64,000 nt of DNA from Actinomycetota bacterium. GTDB lineage: Bacteria > Actinomycetota > Acidimicrobiia > IMCC26256 > DASPTH01. The position numbers and the translations under genes are program-made. Below, piece after piece: positions 1 through 8,853 of the stretch (position 1 is the stretch's first letter; the number at the start of each line of letters is the position of its first letter). The stretch is taken from positions 1,006 to 65,005 of the forward strand of contig JBKPCV010000033.1 of NCBI GenBank assembly GCA_046727575.1, read 5' to 3'. The notes below the pieces were generated by a model. That model worked only from the letters and a program-made list of their open reading frames with translations. It did not search any database and was not told the DNA's origin.

Positions 1-1058
1 CCGAGGAACTCCGCGCACTCGGCCAGGTTCCATTCCTCTGGCTCGAAGCTCACGTAACACTGGCGCCGGAAGTACTCGCTCGGCAGCATCGAGAGCCATC
101 GTTTCTCGAGCGGAAAGGCCTCGACCTGCTCGTCCATTCGCTCGAGCAGGGACGGCACCCAGCCGCCGCCCGATTCGAGCACGAGGACGCGCAAGTTCGG
201 GAAACGTTCGCACACTCCTCCCATGAGGAGCCGGCCGAGTGACACCGTCATGTCGACCATGTTGCCGACCGCTTGACCGAGTCCGGAGCCACCGTGGACC
301 TCGCTCATCGCCATGTTGGTGACGCTCATGTTCTCGCTCGGCGCGACCAGCTGGAACTTGCGGCACGCTCCCGGCGTGTCGATGTGGACGCCCGGGTGGA
401 GGCCGACTGCAACGTCGAGGTCTTGGCACGCGGCCCAGAATGGGTCGTACACGGAGTGGTTCAACGGCAATTCGTCCACGTACGCCGATGGTCGGATGAA
501 GATGCCGCGAAGGCCGAGCTTGTTCACCGCGCGCTCCGCCTCGGCAACCGCAAGCTCAGGCGCCTGCAGGGGAACACCTGCCACGGCAAAAAGCCGCGTC
601 GGACAGGCGGCGCAGAACTCGGAGATCCACTCGTTGTACGCGCGAATGCAGTCGTGCACGAATTCGACGTTCTGGAATGCGGGAATCGGGTCGACCGGTC
701 CGAAGAACATCGCCTGCGACGGATAGAGCACCGCGGCGTCGACGCCGTCGGCGTCGAGCTGCTCGATCCGCGCGTCGGGGTCGTAGCCGCCGCGTGCCCT
801 GAGCTGCGCCAGCATGCCGAAGAACTCCTCTGGTGTCACGCCGACGGCCGCGGCCATCTGGTTCTGCAGCTCACGGCCACCCGCGCGCACAACCCCGCCC
901 GCGTAGTTGACCTCGTAGATGTCGTCCTCCACGACCTTGCGAGGGATCCAGTCACCCCACTTGTCGTGATCCATGCGATCGACCCACAAGCTCTCACCCG
1001 GTTCCATCACGTGCCCATCGCCGTCGACGACGAGCGTCTTCGGGGGCGCTCCCGTCAT
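1..1058 (-). CDS. metal-dependent amidohydrolase (amidohydrolase_2-like); 3-prime end runs off the window
   Basis: Absent from the ORF track because no stop lies in the window. My reverse-complement translation from ATG (1058-1056, GGAG upstream) reads MTGAPPKTLVVDGDGHVMEPGE...LGLRGIFIRPS...VLESGGGWVPSLLERMDEQ, open to position 1. Plus-strand ORF 273..1118 is its Arg-rich shadow. Confidence 0.6.
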   Translation of the reverse strand, partial: MTGAPPKTLVVDGDGHVMEPGESLWVDRMDHDKWGDWIPRKVVEDDIYEVNYAGGVVRAGGRELQNQMAAAVGVTPEEFFGMLAQLRARGGYDPDARIEQLDADGVDAAVLYPSQAMFFGPVDPIPAFQNVEFVHDCIRAYNEWISEFCAACPTRLFAVAGVPLQAPELAVAEAERAVNKLGLRGIFIRPSAYVDELPLNHSVYDPFWAACQDLDVAVGLHPGVHIDTPGACRKFQLVAPSENMSVTNMAMSEVHGGSGLGQAVGNMVDMTVSLGRLLMGGVCERFPNLRVLVLESGGGWVPSLLERMDEQVEAFPLEKRWLSMLPSEYFRRQCYVSFEPEEWNLAECAEFL

Positions 1059-1260
1059 CGCTGCTCCTCTCGATACGACCGGGCCGGTGGAACCAGTTCG
1101 TCGGAAGAGTACGCGTGACGCACGGATCGAAGCGAGCGTGGGTAGGGGACGCGGCGGAACGCGGCCGCGGACGGTGCTCGCCGCGACTGGAATGCATCGT
1201 GCGCTCGGTGTGTTCCATGGGCGAGCCCGTGATGAGGTCAGGCAAAGGAGGTTCGGGTCG

Positions 1261-1704
1261 GTGCAGTGCAGGCAGTGCGAGAAGGAGCTCACTCCCGAAC
1301 GCGCCGCGCTCGGCTACGACTATTGCACGCGGCCGGAGTGCGTCGAAGCCTGCTTCGAGCCGGTCGACGTGGTCGCCCTCGGCGTGAACAAGGCCGCCGA
1401 CCAGTACCTCCTGCGCCGGCACCTCGACATTCCCGAGCCCACTGCCCGCACCTCAGGGGACGCGCCCGATGATTCGTTCGGAGCACTGAATCTGGTCGGA
1501 AAGCCACCGACCGCCCGCTCACAGTCGAGGACCACGACGGCGAAGAGCACCGCCGCGAAGATCGCCGCGCTCGAAGCGGAGCTCGATGCCGCCCTGGCGT
1601 GCGAGCAGGATCCGGCGCAACGCCGCAAGCTCGTCGACGATCACAACGCGAGGCTGCGACAGCTCAACATCCGTTATCGGCGAACGGCACAGCGGCAGAC
1701 CTGA
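1261..1704 (+). CDS. hypothetical protein with N-terminal CxxC...CxxxxC zinc-ribbon-like motif and Ala/Arg-rich helical tail
   Basis: In frame with ORF 973..1704. GTG at 1261 lies 9 nt after AGGAGG. Sequence VQCRQCEKEL...YCTRPECVEACF. Confidence 0.55.
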   Translation: MQCRQCEKELTPERAALGYDYCTRPECVEACFEPVDVVALGVNKAADQYLLRRHLDIPEPTARTSGDAPDDSFGALNLVGKPPTARSQSRTTTAKSTAAKIAALEAELDAALACEQDPAQRRKLVDDHNARLRQLNIRYRRTAQRQT

Positions 1705-1828
1705 CGGAGTGACCTCTGCCGGCCGTGGCGCCGCTTCGGATATCCTGCGCGTGCCGCGCCTGGAGCAGGTTGGGCCGGCGTGCCTACTTCCCGTTTCCTG
1801 GGTTGCTGACCCAATCCGAGGCGCTCCG

Positions 1829-3763
1829 ATGACGCCCGTCGACCTCTCGCAAGGACAAGTGCTGCACGCGATGGGCCACGCGGTGATCCTCACTCGCGCC
1901 GACGGTGTGATCATCGCCTGGAACCCGGGCGCGGAGGAGCTGTACGGCTGGACGGCCGACGAAGCCATCGGCCGTCACGTCGGCGAGCTGATGCGGTCAC
2001 CGGACACGGACGAGAACACGGCGATCTGGGATGCGGTGCTCGCCGGTGAAACGTGGTCGGGCGACTACTTGGCCCGGTGCAAGGGCGATGCGACTGCGCT
2101 CGTCCACGCCACGTCGGCTCCCGTCGTCGACGATAACGGGGCAGTCGTGGCAATTGTGAGCGTCTCGCATGACGTGTCGGAGCGGCGGTCGTCCGAAGAA
2201 GCGCTGCGACGAGAACAGGCGCGGCTCCGCCTCGCCTTCGCGTCCGCTCGGATGGGGTCGTGGAGCTGGGACCTCGCGACGGGGACGATCACGTGGGACG
2301 ACGCCATGGAGGCCCGCTATGGGCTCGCGCCGGGCACCTTCGGCGGAACGTTCGCCGAGTTCATGTCGCGCGTGCATGAGGACGACCGGGACCGTGTCCT
2401 CGAGCAGATCGAACAAGCTCGGGAGGGCCAGCAGGAACTGATGTTCGAGCACCGGGCCGTCTGGCCCGACGGCTCGATCCACTGGCTCGAGGCGCGCGGA
2501 CAGCCGCTCGTCGGCGAGTCTGGTGCGCTCGCGCGCATGGTGGGCGTCGGCATCGACATCGACGAGCGCAAGCAGCTGGAAGCGCTGATCCTCGAAGCGT
2601 CCGAGTTGCGCGCCACGGCAAACCTCGCGCGGGACCTCGAAGAAGCGGAGCGCATCGCGGGGCTCGGAAGCTGGCGTTGGGAAGCCGCGACGAACGTTGT
2701 GACGGTGTCGACCGAGATGGCGCGCATCCTGGACACGCCGCGCGCGGTGACCGGTGTCGAGTTCTCCGACGCGTTGCGGCGGGCCGTCCACCCCGAGGAT
2801 GTCGAACAGATCGAAGGCGCCGCCAACGCCGCCCTTCGGAGTGGGCGTCGACGCTTCGTGATGGAGTGCCGCGTGATCGTGGCGGGAGACGTCCGCCAGA
2901 TGGTGCACCGCGGCGAGATGCTCCACGACGAAGAGGGCAACCTGATCGCGGTCCGGGGCACGTTCCAGGACATCACGGAGCAACGCCGGGCATCGGAAGC
3001 GCTGCTTGCGACGCGCGACAGCCTCGTTCAGGAGCAGCGTGCGGTCGCGGTGCTGCACGAGACGCTCATCCGTCCGCAGTTCCCCGAGATCGAGGGGTTC
3101 GAGATCGCCGCTCGCTACGTCGCCGCCGAGAACGACTCCGAGGTGGGCGGCGACTGGTATGACGCGTTCGCGGTTCCGGACGGTTGCATCGTGCTCACGG
3201 TCGGCGACGTGAGCGGGCACGGCGTGAGTTCGGCGCGTCTCATGGCGAAGTTGCGGCACGCGACACGTGCATACGCGTGCATTTACGACGACCTGCCGCT
3301 CCTGATCGAACGCCTCGACGAGTTCCTGATCCAGTTCCGCGACGACATCCAGATCGCCACACTGCTCGTGGCGCGCCTGGAGCCATCCAGTGCGCGGCTC
3401 GAGCTGATCTCAGCGGGTCATCCTCCGCCGCTGCTCGTCAGCGGACACGAGAGCTCATTCGTCGAGGTACCGCCAGGCCCGCCGTTGGGGACACCCCACG
3501 ACGACGATGTGTTCCGGACGATTCGGATGAAGTTGACGCCCCGCGACGCCGTGCTCTTCTATACCGACGGCCTCGTGGAGCGTCGCGCCGAGCCTCTCGA
3601 CAACGGACTCGAACGGCTTCGCACCGGAGCGAGCACCGCGCTCATCGAGAGCGCCGATCAGCTCTGCGACGTTGCAACCGCCGCGTGTCTGACGGGATTG
3701 AAGCGCTCGGACGACGTGTGTCTCCTCGCTCTTCGCAAGACGGAGCTTTCTGGCGTCGACTGA
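1829..3763 (+). CDS. multi-PAS sensor fused to a PP2C/SpoIIE-type serine phosphatase (RsbU-like)
   Basis: ORF 1586..3763. ATG at 1829 (MTPVDLSQGQVLHAMGHAVILTRADGVIIAWNPGAEELYGW). Repeated PAS/PAC-like blocks (HVGELM, WSWDL, HWLEARG). C-terminal SpoIIE signature GGDWYDAF...VGDVSGHG...ISAGHPPPLL...LFYTDGLVE. Confidence 0.85.
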   Translation: MTPVDLSQGQVLHAMGHAVILTRADGVIIAWNPGAEELYGWTADEAIGRHVGELMRSPDTDENTAIWDAVLAGETWSGDYLARCKGDATALVHATSAPVVDDNGAVVAIVSVSHDVSERRSSEEALRREQARLRLAFASARMGSWSWDLATGTITWDDAMEARYGLAPGTFGGTFAEFMSRVHEDDRDRVLEQIEQAREGQQELMFEHRAVWPDGSIHWLEARGQPLVGESGALARMVGVGIDIDERKQLEALILEASELRATANLARDLEEAERIAGLGSWRWEAATNVVTVSTEMARILDTPRAVTGVEFSDALRRAVHPEDVEQIEGAANAALRSGRRRFVMECRVIVAGDVRQMVHRGEMLHDEEGNLIAVRGTFQDITEQRRASEALLATRDSLVQEQRAVAVLHETLIRPQFPEIEGFEIAARYVAAENDSEVGGDWYDAFAVPDGCIVLTVGDVSGHGVSSARLMAKLRHATRAYACIYDDLPLLIERLDEFLIQFRDDIQIATLLVARLEPSSARLELISAGHPPPLLVSGHESSFVEVPPGPPLGTPHDDDVFRTIRMKLTPRDAVLFYTDGLVERRAEPLDNGLERLRTGASTALIESADQLCDVATAACLTGLKRSDDVCLLALRKTELSGVD

Positions 3764-3777
3764 GGCACCACCCGCAG

Positions 3778-4383
3778 TTACGAACGGTCGGCGACGTATT
3801 TGCGTGCGATCGTCAGATCGCGCACGAGTCCCGTGAACCCAGCGTCGCGGTCCGCCTCGTCCATGCGCAGGATGGCGGATGGGTGGATCGTCACCATCGC
3901 CGCGGTGTCGGCGGTTCCCGGCATCTCGAGGATGCTTCCGCGGTCGCGCGTGACCCGTAGCTTCGGACCGAGCAGCGCCTGCGCCGCGGTCGCCCCCAGC
4001 AACACGACGATCCTCGGTTGGACGATGTCGAGCTCTGCTCTCCACCATTGCGAGCAGGCGCGGATCTGGGCGGCGTTGGGCTTCTTGTGGAGCCGTACCT
4101 TGCCCGCGGGACGCCAGCTGAAGTGCTTCACCGCATTGGTCACGTACACGTCGTCGCGGTCGATCTCCGCTTCGTGCAGCGCGCGGTCGAGCAGCAGCCC
4201 TGCAGGGCCCACGAACGGGTGGCCCTCACGGTCCTCGCGATCGCCCGGCTGCTCACCGACCAGCATCATGCGTGCGTCCGGCGGCCCCTCGCCGAAGACG
4301 GTCTGTGTCGCGCGCGCATAGAGGTCGCAGTCGGTGCAAGCCGCCGCGGCGTCGCGCATGTCGTGCAGCTGTGCCTCACGCAT
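3778..4383 (-). CDS. family-4-type uracil-DNA glycosylase, UdgX-like subclass
   Basis: ORF 3778..4665, internal ATG at 4383. Motifs CTDCDLY, LVGEQPGDREDREGHPFVGPAG, VYVTNAVKHF, loop GKVRLHKKP (compare the KRRIH loop of mycobacterial UdgX as I recall it), LLGATAA and IHPSA. Confidence 0.75.
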   Translation of the reverse strand: MREAQLHDMRDAAAACTDCDLYARATQTVFGEGPPDARMMLVGEQPGDREDREGHPFVGPAGLLLDRALHEAEIDRDDVYVTNAVKHFSWRPAGKVRLHKKPNAAQIRACSQWWRAELDIVQPRIVVLLGATAAQALLGPKLRVTRDRGSILEMPGTADTAAMVTIHPSAILRMDEADRDAGFTGLVRDLTIARKYVADRS

Positions 4384-4504
4384 CGGCGGCCCCGAGGTCA
4401 GGATCGTGTCGTGAGCGCATCGAGCGATGTGTGCCCACGAATCCCACCCCAGAAACGGTCGCGGCGGGTTCGGTGAGCCGAACGCCTCGATCGGGTAGGA
4501 CGAG

Positions 4505-4900
4505 GTGATGCCCCTGTCTTTCGGTGGATCCCGGCCGATGCGGACGAGCCGGACGGTGCACCACGTGAACGAGCTCACCACGCAGCCGTTGATCGCAGTG
4601 GGCGTCGGCGCCCTCGTCGTGGCTGCATGGATCGTGATCTTCGCCTCGGGGTTCGACCAGGACATTCAGTTCGTATTCGGGACGATCTCCTCGGGCGTCA
4701 CGGTGACCATGGTGTTCGTGCTGCAGCACGCACAACGGCGCGAGCAGACCGCGGTGCAGCTCAAGCTGAACGAGATCGTGCGGGCGCTCCCCCGGGCGGA
4801 CGATCGCTTGATCGGTGTCGAAGCATCCCCCGACGGCGAACTCCAGGAGGTCGAGCAGACGCAGCTCGACCACCACGCGTCCCTCCGCGACGTCGACTAA
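4505..4900 (+). CDS. low-affinity iron permease family small membrane protein (PF04120-like)
   Basis: TM segments followed by VFVLQHAQRREQTAVQLKLNEIVRAL, which matches the family core as I remember it. Start could instead be ATG 4538. Confidence 0.65.
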   Translation: MMPLSFGGSRPMRTSRTVHHVNELTTQPLIAVGVGALVVAAWIVIFASGFDQDIQFVFGTISSGVTVTMVFVLQHAQRREQTAVQLKLNEIVRALPRADDRLIGVEASPDGELQEVEQTQLDHHASLRDVD

Positions 4901-5029
4901 CTGCTGAACCCGCGCTGCGCCGCCGCCTCGGTTGCAGGCCGCTGTGGCGGGCCGATACACACTGCCGCGGAGCACGGGCGCGAGATGGACCGCAATGGGG
5001 TGTCGGTGGCCACGCCGAATCCGGGGTGA

Positions 5030-5785
5030 TCAGGCGAGCGCAGGGTCGCCGTTGGCGAACGTTCCCCACGGGTTCTTCTCGCCGGGAACGACCCAGACAT
5101 GCAGCATCCAGCGGTTCGCGAACTCCGGCCCGAGCCGTGTCATGGCCCCGCCGAGCTGTGCGCACTGCTCGTTGCTGATGTCATCGAGCGCGAGCATGAA
5201 AGCATCGCTCATGCACGCCTGCAGGTGTCGGTGCCACAGGTCGTTCGGACCTGCGAACCCGCTGGGCGGCCTGCCGACCCGATCGACGTAGTACATGAGC
5301 CCTACGAGGGGCGCCTCGGGCGCGTCGCTGCCGAAGATCAGGTGTGTCGGGTGCGCGGGATCGAACGGCGCCCCGACGTACGCCGGATGCATGTAATGAA
5401 CGCCGAGATAGGCGAGGTCGACCGTGACCCGCACGTAGCCCAATGCCATCGCGTCGGCCGCGGTGCGGATGCCCTTCACGGCCCGCCGCGCGGCCGCGAG
5501 CTGACCTTCCAGCCGCCGGCGAGTCTCGGGATCGGTGATCCGCACCTCGAGCGCAGGGCCGAGGTGCGTGTGATCGGTATGGCCGTCGGCGGCCGACACC
5601 TCGCCGGCGCTCGCCCCGGGGTGCACGTGGGCCGGGATCGCGACCCCCGTTCCTGAGGTCTGCGGCGCCGACAGCACGGCGATACCGAGCCCGACCGCTA
5701 CCACGATGACGCCAGCAACGGCGACGAGGGGGAGGCGCACGCTCCCCCGCTCTTCGACGCGACGCACCCCGAGATTGTGCCCCAA
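5030..5785 (-). CDS. hypothetical membrane-anchored/exported protein, His-rich
   Basis: N-terminal hydrophobic anchor LPLVAVAGVIVVAVGLGIAVL. Balanced composition downstream (LAYLGVHYMHPAYVGAPFDPAHPTHLIFG...WMLHVWVVPGEKNPWG). No family recognised. Confidence 0.55.
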   Translation of the reverse strand: MGHNLGVRRVEERGSVRLPLVAVAGVIVVAVGLGIAVLSAPQTSGTGVAIPAHVHPGASAGEVSAADGHTDHTHLGPALEVRITDPETRRRLEGQLAAARRAVKGIRTAADAMALGYVRVTVDLAYLGVHYMHPAYVGAPFDPAHPTHLIFGSDAPEAPLVGLMYYVDRVGRPPSGFAGPNDLWHRHLQACMSDAFMLALDDISNEQCAQLGGAMTRLGPEFANRWMLHVWVVPGEKNPWGTFANGDPALA

Positions 5786-5877
5786 GCACCCGAAGTGATG
5801 CCGCTCTTCCTCTCGACTGACGTCGCAGCGCCGCCCGTCAGCCGCTCAGCGAGGCTCAGAAATCGGCGTATTCCGAT

Positions 5878-6981
5878 GTGACGCGGTCGCCGAAAAGGGG
5901 CACAATGGTGGCCCGGCCCCGCACCAGTGGGGACTCCCCGCCGGCTCGGAACAAGGACGCATCCCCCGTCGTTCTAAGAGCATACGGCCGTCGATCCCCC
6001 CGTACGGTCGTCACAAATCTCTACGGGAAGGCACAGGTGGCTCGAGTACGAAACCGCACAGAACGGGACAACGAGGATCTCGTTCGCCTCTATCTGGAAG
6101 ACATTGGTCGGCACCAACTGCTGACCAAGGACGACGAAGCGCGCCTCGCGCAGGACATCGAGGCGGGCAAGGCCGCGCGCGAAACCCTCGACTCGGTCAA
6201 CCGGGGGCTCACCCGCACAGAGAAGCGTGATCTCCAGCGCCTCGTCCGCAAGGGCGAGGAGGCACAGCGCCAGTTCGTGCAGTCCAACCTCCGACTGGTC
6301 GTGTCGATCGCCAAGCGCTACCAGGCGTCGGGAATGCCGCTGCTCGACCTCGTGCAGGAAGGCAACCTCGGCCTGATCCACGCGGTCGAGAAGTTCGACT
6401 GGCGTAAGGGCTTCAAGTTCTCGACCTACGCGACCTGGTGGATCCGCCAGGCCATCCAGCGCGGAATCGCCAACGCCGGCCGCACCATCCGGCTGCCAGT
6501 TCACGCTGCTGACAACCTCGCCCGGCTCCAGAAGGAGCGCGCGGGGCTCGAAGCGCGTCTCGGGCGTCCCGCCAGCCTCGACGAGCTCGCCGAAGAGCTC
6601 GACCTCGCCCCCGAGCGGGTCAAGGAGCTCATCCCGCACCTCGCCGAGCCGGTGTCGCTGGAGACGCCGGTCGGGGAGGACGGCGAGACCGAGCTCGGGG
6701 ACCTCGTGGAAGACCGCGGCGCGGAGTCGCCCTTCGACGCGGCGACCCGGGCGATGCTGCCGGCCGAGATCGAGAAGCTGCTCGCGGTGCTCGACGAGCG
6801 CGAGCGGTACATCCTCACGTTGCGGTTCGGTCTCGACCGCGGCGAACCGCGGACGCCCGACGAGGTCGGCCAACTCGTGAACTTGAGCCGTGAGCGCGTC
6901 CGTCAGATCGAAGCGCGTGCACTCGCTCGACTGCGTCACCCGTCGGTCGAGATGGGCGCGCGCGCGCTGCTCGCCGGCTGA
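5878..6981 (+). CDS. RNA polymerase sigma-70 factor, group 1/2 (RpoD/SigB-like)
   Basis: DLVRLYLEDIGRHQLLTKDDE, NLRLVVSIAKRYQASGMPLLDLVQEGNLGLIHAVEKFDWRKGFKFSTYATWWIRQAI, region 4 LSRERVRQIEARAL. Start ambiguous (GTG 5878 or ATG 5905). Confidence 0.9.
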   Translation: MTRSPKRGTMVARPRTSGDSPPARNKDASPVVLRAYGRRSPRTVVTNLYGKAQVARVRNRTERDNEDLVRLYLEDIGRHQLLTKDDEARLAQDIEAGKAARETLDSVNRGLTRTEKRDLQRLVRKGEEAQRQFVQSNLRLVVSIAKRYQASGMPLLDLVQEGNLGLIHAVEKFDWRKGFKFSTYATWWIRQAIQRGIANAGRTIRLPVHAADNLARLQKERAGLEARLGRPASLDELAEELDLAPERVKELIPHLAEPVSLETPVGEDGETELGDLVEDRGAESPFDAATRAMLPAEIEKLLAVLDERERYILTLRFGLDRGEPRTPDEVGQLVNLSRERVRQIEARALARLRHPSVEMGARALLAG

Positions 6982-6986
6982 CGGAG

Positions 6987-7508
6987 CTACGTCGGCCGGA
7001 CCCGCAGCTTGGTCCGTAACGCCTGCATCGCGCGGTAGACGCGCTGCCGCGCCGCGTGCTCGGTGGTCCCGAGTCGCTCGGCGACTTTCTCGTAGCTGAG
7101 CTCCTCGAAGAAGCGCAACCGCAGCACTTCTCGGTGGTGCGGAGCGAGGTCGTCGATGAGCGAGCGTGGAAGCACTGGCTCCGCGCCCGCGACGAGGTCG
7201 TCGGGAGCAGGTTCCAACACCGCCGCGTCAGGTACCGCCGCGCGCGGTTCCACGGTGACTCGCGACCGCGCTCGTGCCTGGTCGATAGCGAGGTTGCGCA
7301 CGATTCGCAGCACGTACCACTTGGCTTGATCCGGGGTACAGGTGAGCGTGCCACGTTGGAGTGCGCGCACCAGGGCCGATTGCGCGAGGTCTTCTGCGTC
7401 GGCATCGCTGCGCGTGAAGGTGCGTGCGAATCGGAAGATCTGGGCGTGATGCTCGATGACGACCTCGCGCAGGTCGACGAGTTCCCCCTCGTTGTCCGCC
7501 GCCCTCAT
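6987..7508 (-). CDS. ECF-type sigma-70 family factor
   Basis: ORF 6987..7805, internal ATG at 7508 (MRAADNEGELVDLREVVIEHHAQIFRFARTF...DAEDLAQSALVRA...VLRIVRNLAIDQAR...REVLRLRFFEELSYEKVAERLGTTEHAARQRVYRAM). Confidence 0.85.
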   Translation of the reverse strand: MRAADNEGELVDLREVVIEHHAQIFRFARTFTRSDADAEDLAQSALVRALQRGTLTCTPDQAKWYVLRIVRNLAIDQARARSRVTVEPRAAVPDAAVLEPAPDDLVAGAEPVLPRSLIDDLAPHHREVLRLRFFEELSYEKVAERLGTTEHAARQRVYRAMQALRTKLRVRPT

Positions 7509-7623
7509 CCGCCCTTGCCTTCCCCCGCCAGAAACGGGCGGTACCGTACCGTCCGCTCGATCACCGGGCAACGCCTGACTGGGCGGGCTCCGTCGAGAGG
7601 GCGCAGGGCGGCGCGTTGTTACT

Positions 7624-8610
7624 GTGCCTGGCTTGGCCCGCGTCCTCGTCACCCGCCGGTTGCCCGAGGGTGGGCTCGATCCGCTCATCGCCGCGGGCCA
7701 CGACATCGTGCCGCCGTCGCCGGACGACGTTCCGCTCACGCCGGCCGAGCTCACCGCCGCCGCTGCTGACGTCGACGCGATCGTGTGCGTGCTCACCGAC
7801 CGCATCGACGTCGCCGTGCTCCGCGCCGGCGTACCGAAGCTCCGCGTCGTCGCCGACGTCGCAGTTGGCTACGACAACATCGACGTTGCCACCGCGCAGG
7901 AGCTCGGGATCGCGGTGTGCAACACGCCCGGGGTCCTCGACGAGACCACCGCGGACCTCACCTTCTTCCTCATCCTCGCCGCGGCTCGCCGCACGTCCGA
8001 CGCCGAGGCCGACCTCCGTGAGGGGCGCTGGCACGGGTTCCGAATGGACCGGTTCCTCGGCCAGGACGTGCACGGTCGCACGCTTGGCGTGGTCGGGTTC
8101 GGGCGGATCGGTCAGGCGGTCGCGCGGCGGGCCGCGGGCTTCGGGATGGAGGTGATCCACCACACGCGCCACGACACCGGTATGCGGGGATGGACGGCGG
8201 AGCTCGACGACCTGCTCCGCGTCGCTGACGTCGTCACACTGCACGTGCCGCTCACTCCGTACACGACCCGCCTGATCGACGCGGACCGCCTCGCGGTCAT
8301 GAAGCCCAGCGCGGTCTTGGTGAACACCTCGCGTGGACCGGTCGTCGACGAAGAGGCTCTCGCGGTCGCGCTCGAGCAGGGGACGATCTTCGGCGCCGGC
8401 ATCGACGTGTACGAACGCGAGCCCGAGGTGCATCCGCGCCTGCTCGGGGCACCGCACGCGGTGTTGCTGCCGCACATCGGCAGCGCGAGCGAGGGGACGC
8501 GTCGTCGCATGGCACAGCTCGCTTGCGAAGGAGTCGTCGTGGTGTTGGCAGGGGAGTATCCACTCAACCTGGTCAGACCACGAGACGGCGGCGGAGGGAG
8601 AGGGATTTGA
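7624..8610 (+). CDS. D-isomer-specific 2-hydroxyacid dehydrogenase (glyoxylate/hydroxypyruvate reductase-like)
   Basis: GRTLGVVGFGRIGQAVARRAAGFGMEV NAD-binding motif, LVNTSRGPVVDEEAL, PHIGSAS. The last 19 nt overlap tRNA-Ser on the opposite strand. Confidence 0.9.
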   Translation: MPGLARVLVTRRLPEGGLDPLIAAGHDIVPPSPDDVPLTPAELTAAAADVDAIVCVLTDRIDVAVLRAGVPKLRVVADVAVGYDNIDVATAQELGIAVCNTPGVLDETTADLTFFLILAAARRTSDAEADLREGRWHGFRMDRFLGQDVHGRTLGVVGFGRIGQAVARRAAGFGMEVIHHTRHDTGMRGWTAELDDLLRVADVVTLHVPLTPYTTRLIDADRLAVMKPSAVLVNTSRGPVVDEEALAVALEQGTIFGAGIDVYEREPEVHPRLLGAPHAVLLPHIGSASEGTRRRMAQLACEGVVVVLAGEYPLNLVRPRDGGGGRGI

Positions 8611-8681
8611 ACCCTCGAGGGAGCTCAACACCCCCTACTCGCTTAGCAGGCGAGCACTTTCGGCCGCTCAGTCATCCCTCC
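8592..8681 (-). tRNA. tRNA-Ser(GCU), long variable arm, CCA not encoded
   Basis: Reverse complement GGAGGGATGACTGAGCGGCCGAAAGTGCTCGCCTGCTAAGCGAGTAGGGGGTGTTGAGCTCCCTCGAGGGTTCAAATCCCTCTCCCTCCG. Acceptor GGAGGGA/TCCCTCC, anticodon loop CTGCTAA, T-arm GAGGG-TTCAAAT-CCCTC. Confidence 0.9.
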
Positions 8682-8723
8682 GTATAGCGGGAGAAAGTGT
8701 ACGCGGACGGGTACCTTCGAGGA

Positions 8724-8853
8724 GATGGAGATGAAGCGGAGGCGTGGCCGGAGGCCGGGATGCCGGAGCGGAATCGACCCAGCGTGATGGAGATGCAGCG
8801 GAGGCGTGGCCGGAGGCCGGGATGCCGGAGCGGAATCGACCCAGCGTGATGGA
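8724..8853 (+). repeat. 62-bp tandem duplication (2.1 copies, one mismatch at 8734/8796) spanning the translation-initiation region of the PHP gene
   Basis: Unit gatggagatg[a/c]agcggaggcgtggccggaggccgggatgccggagcggaatcgacccagcgt at 8724-8785 and 8786-8847, with a partial third copy gatgga. Confidence 0.9.
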
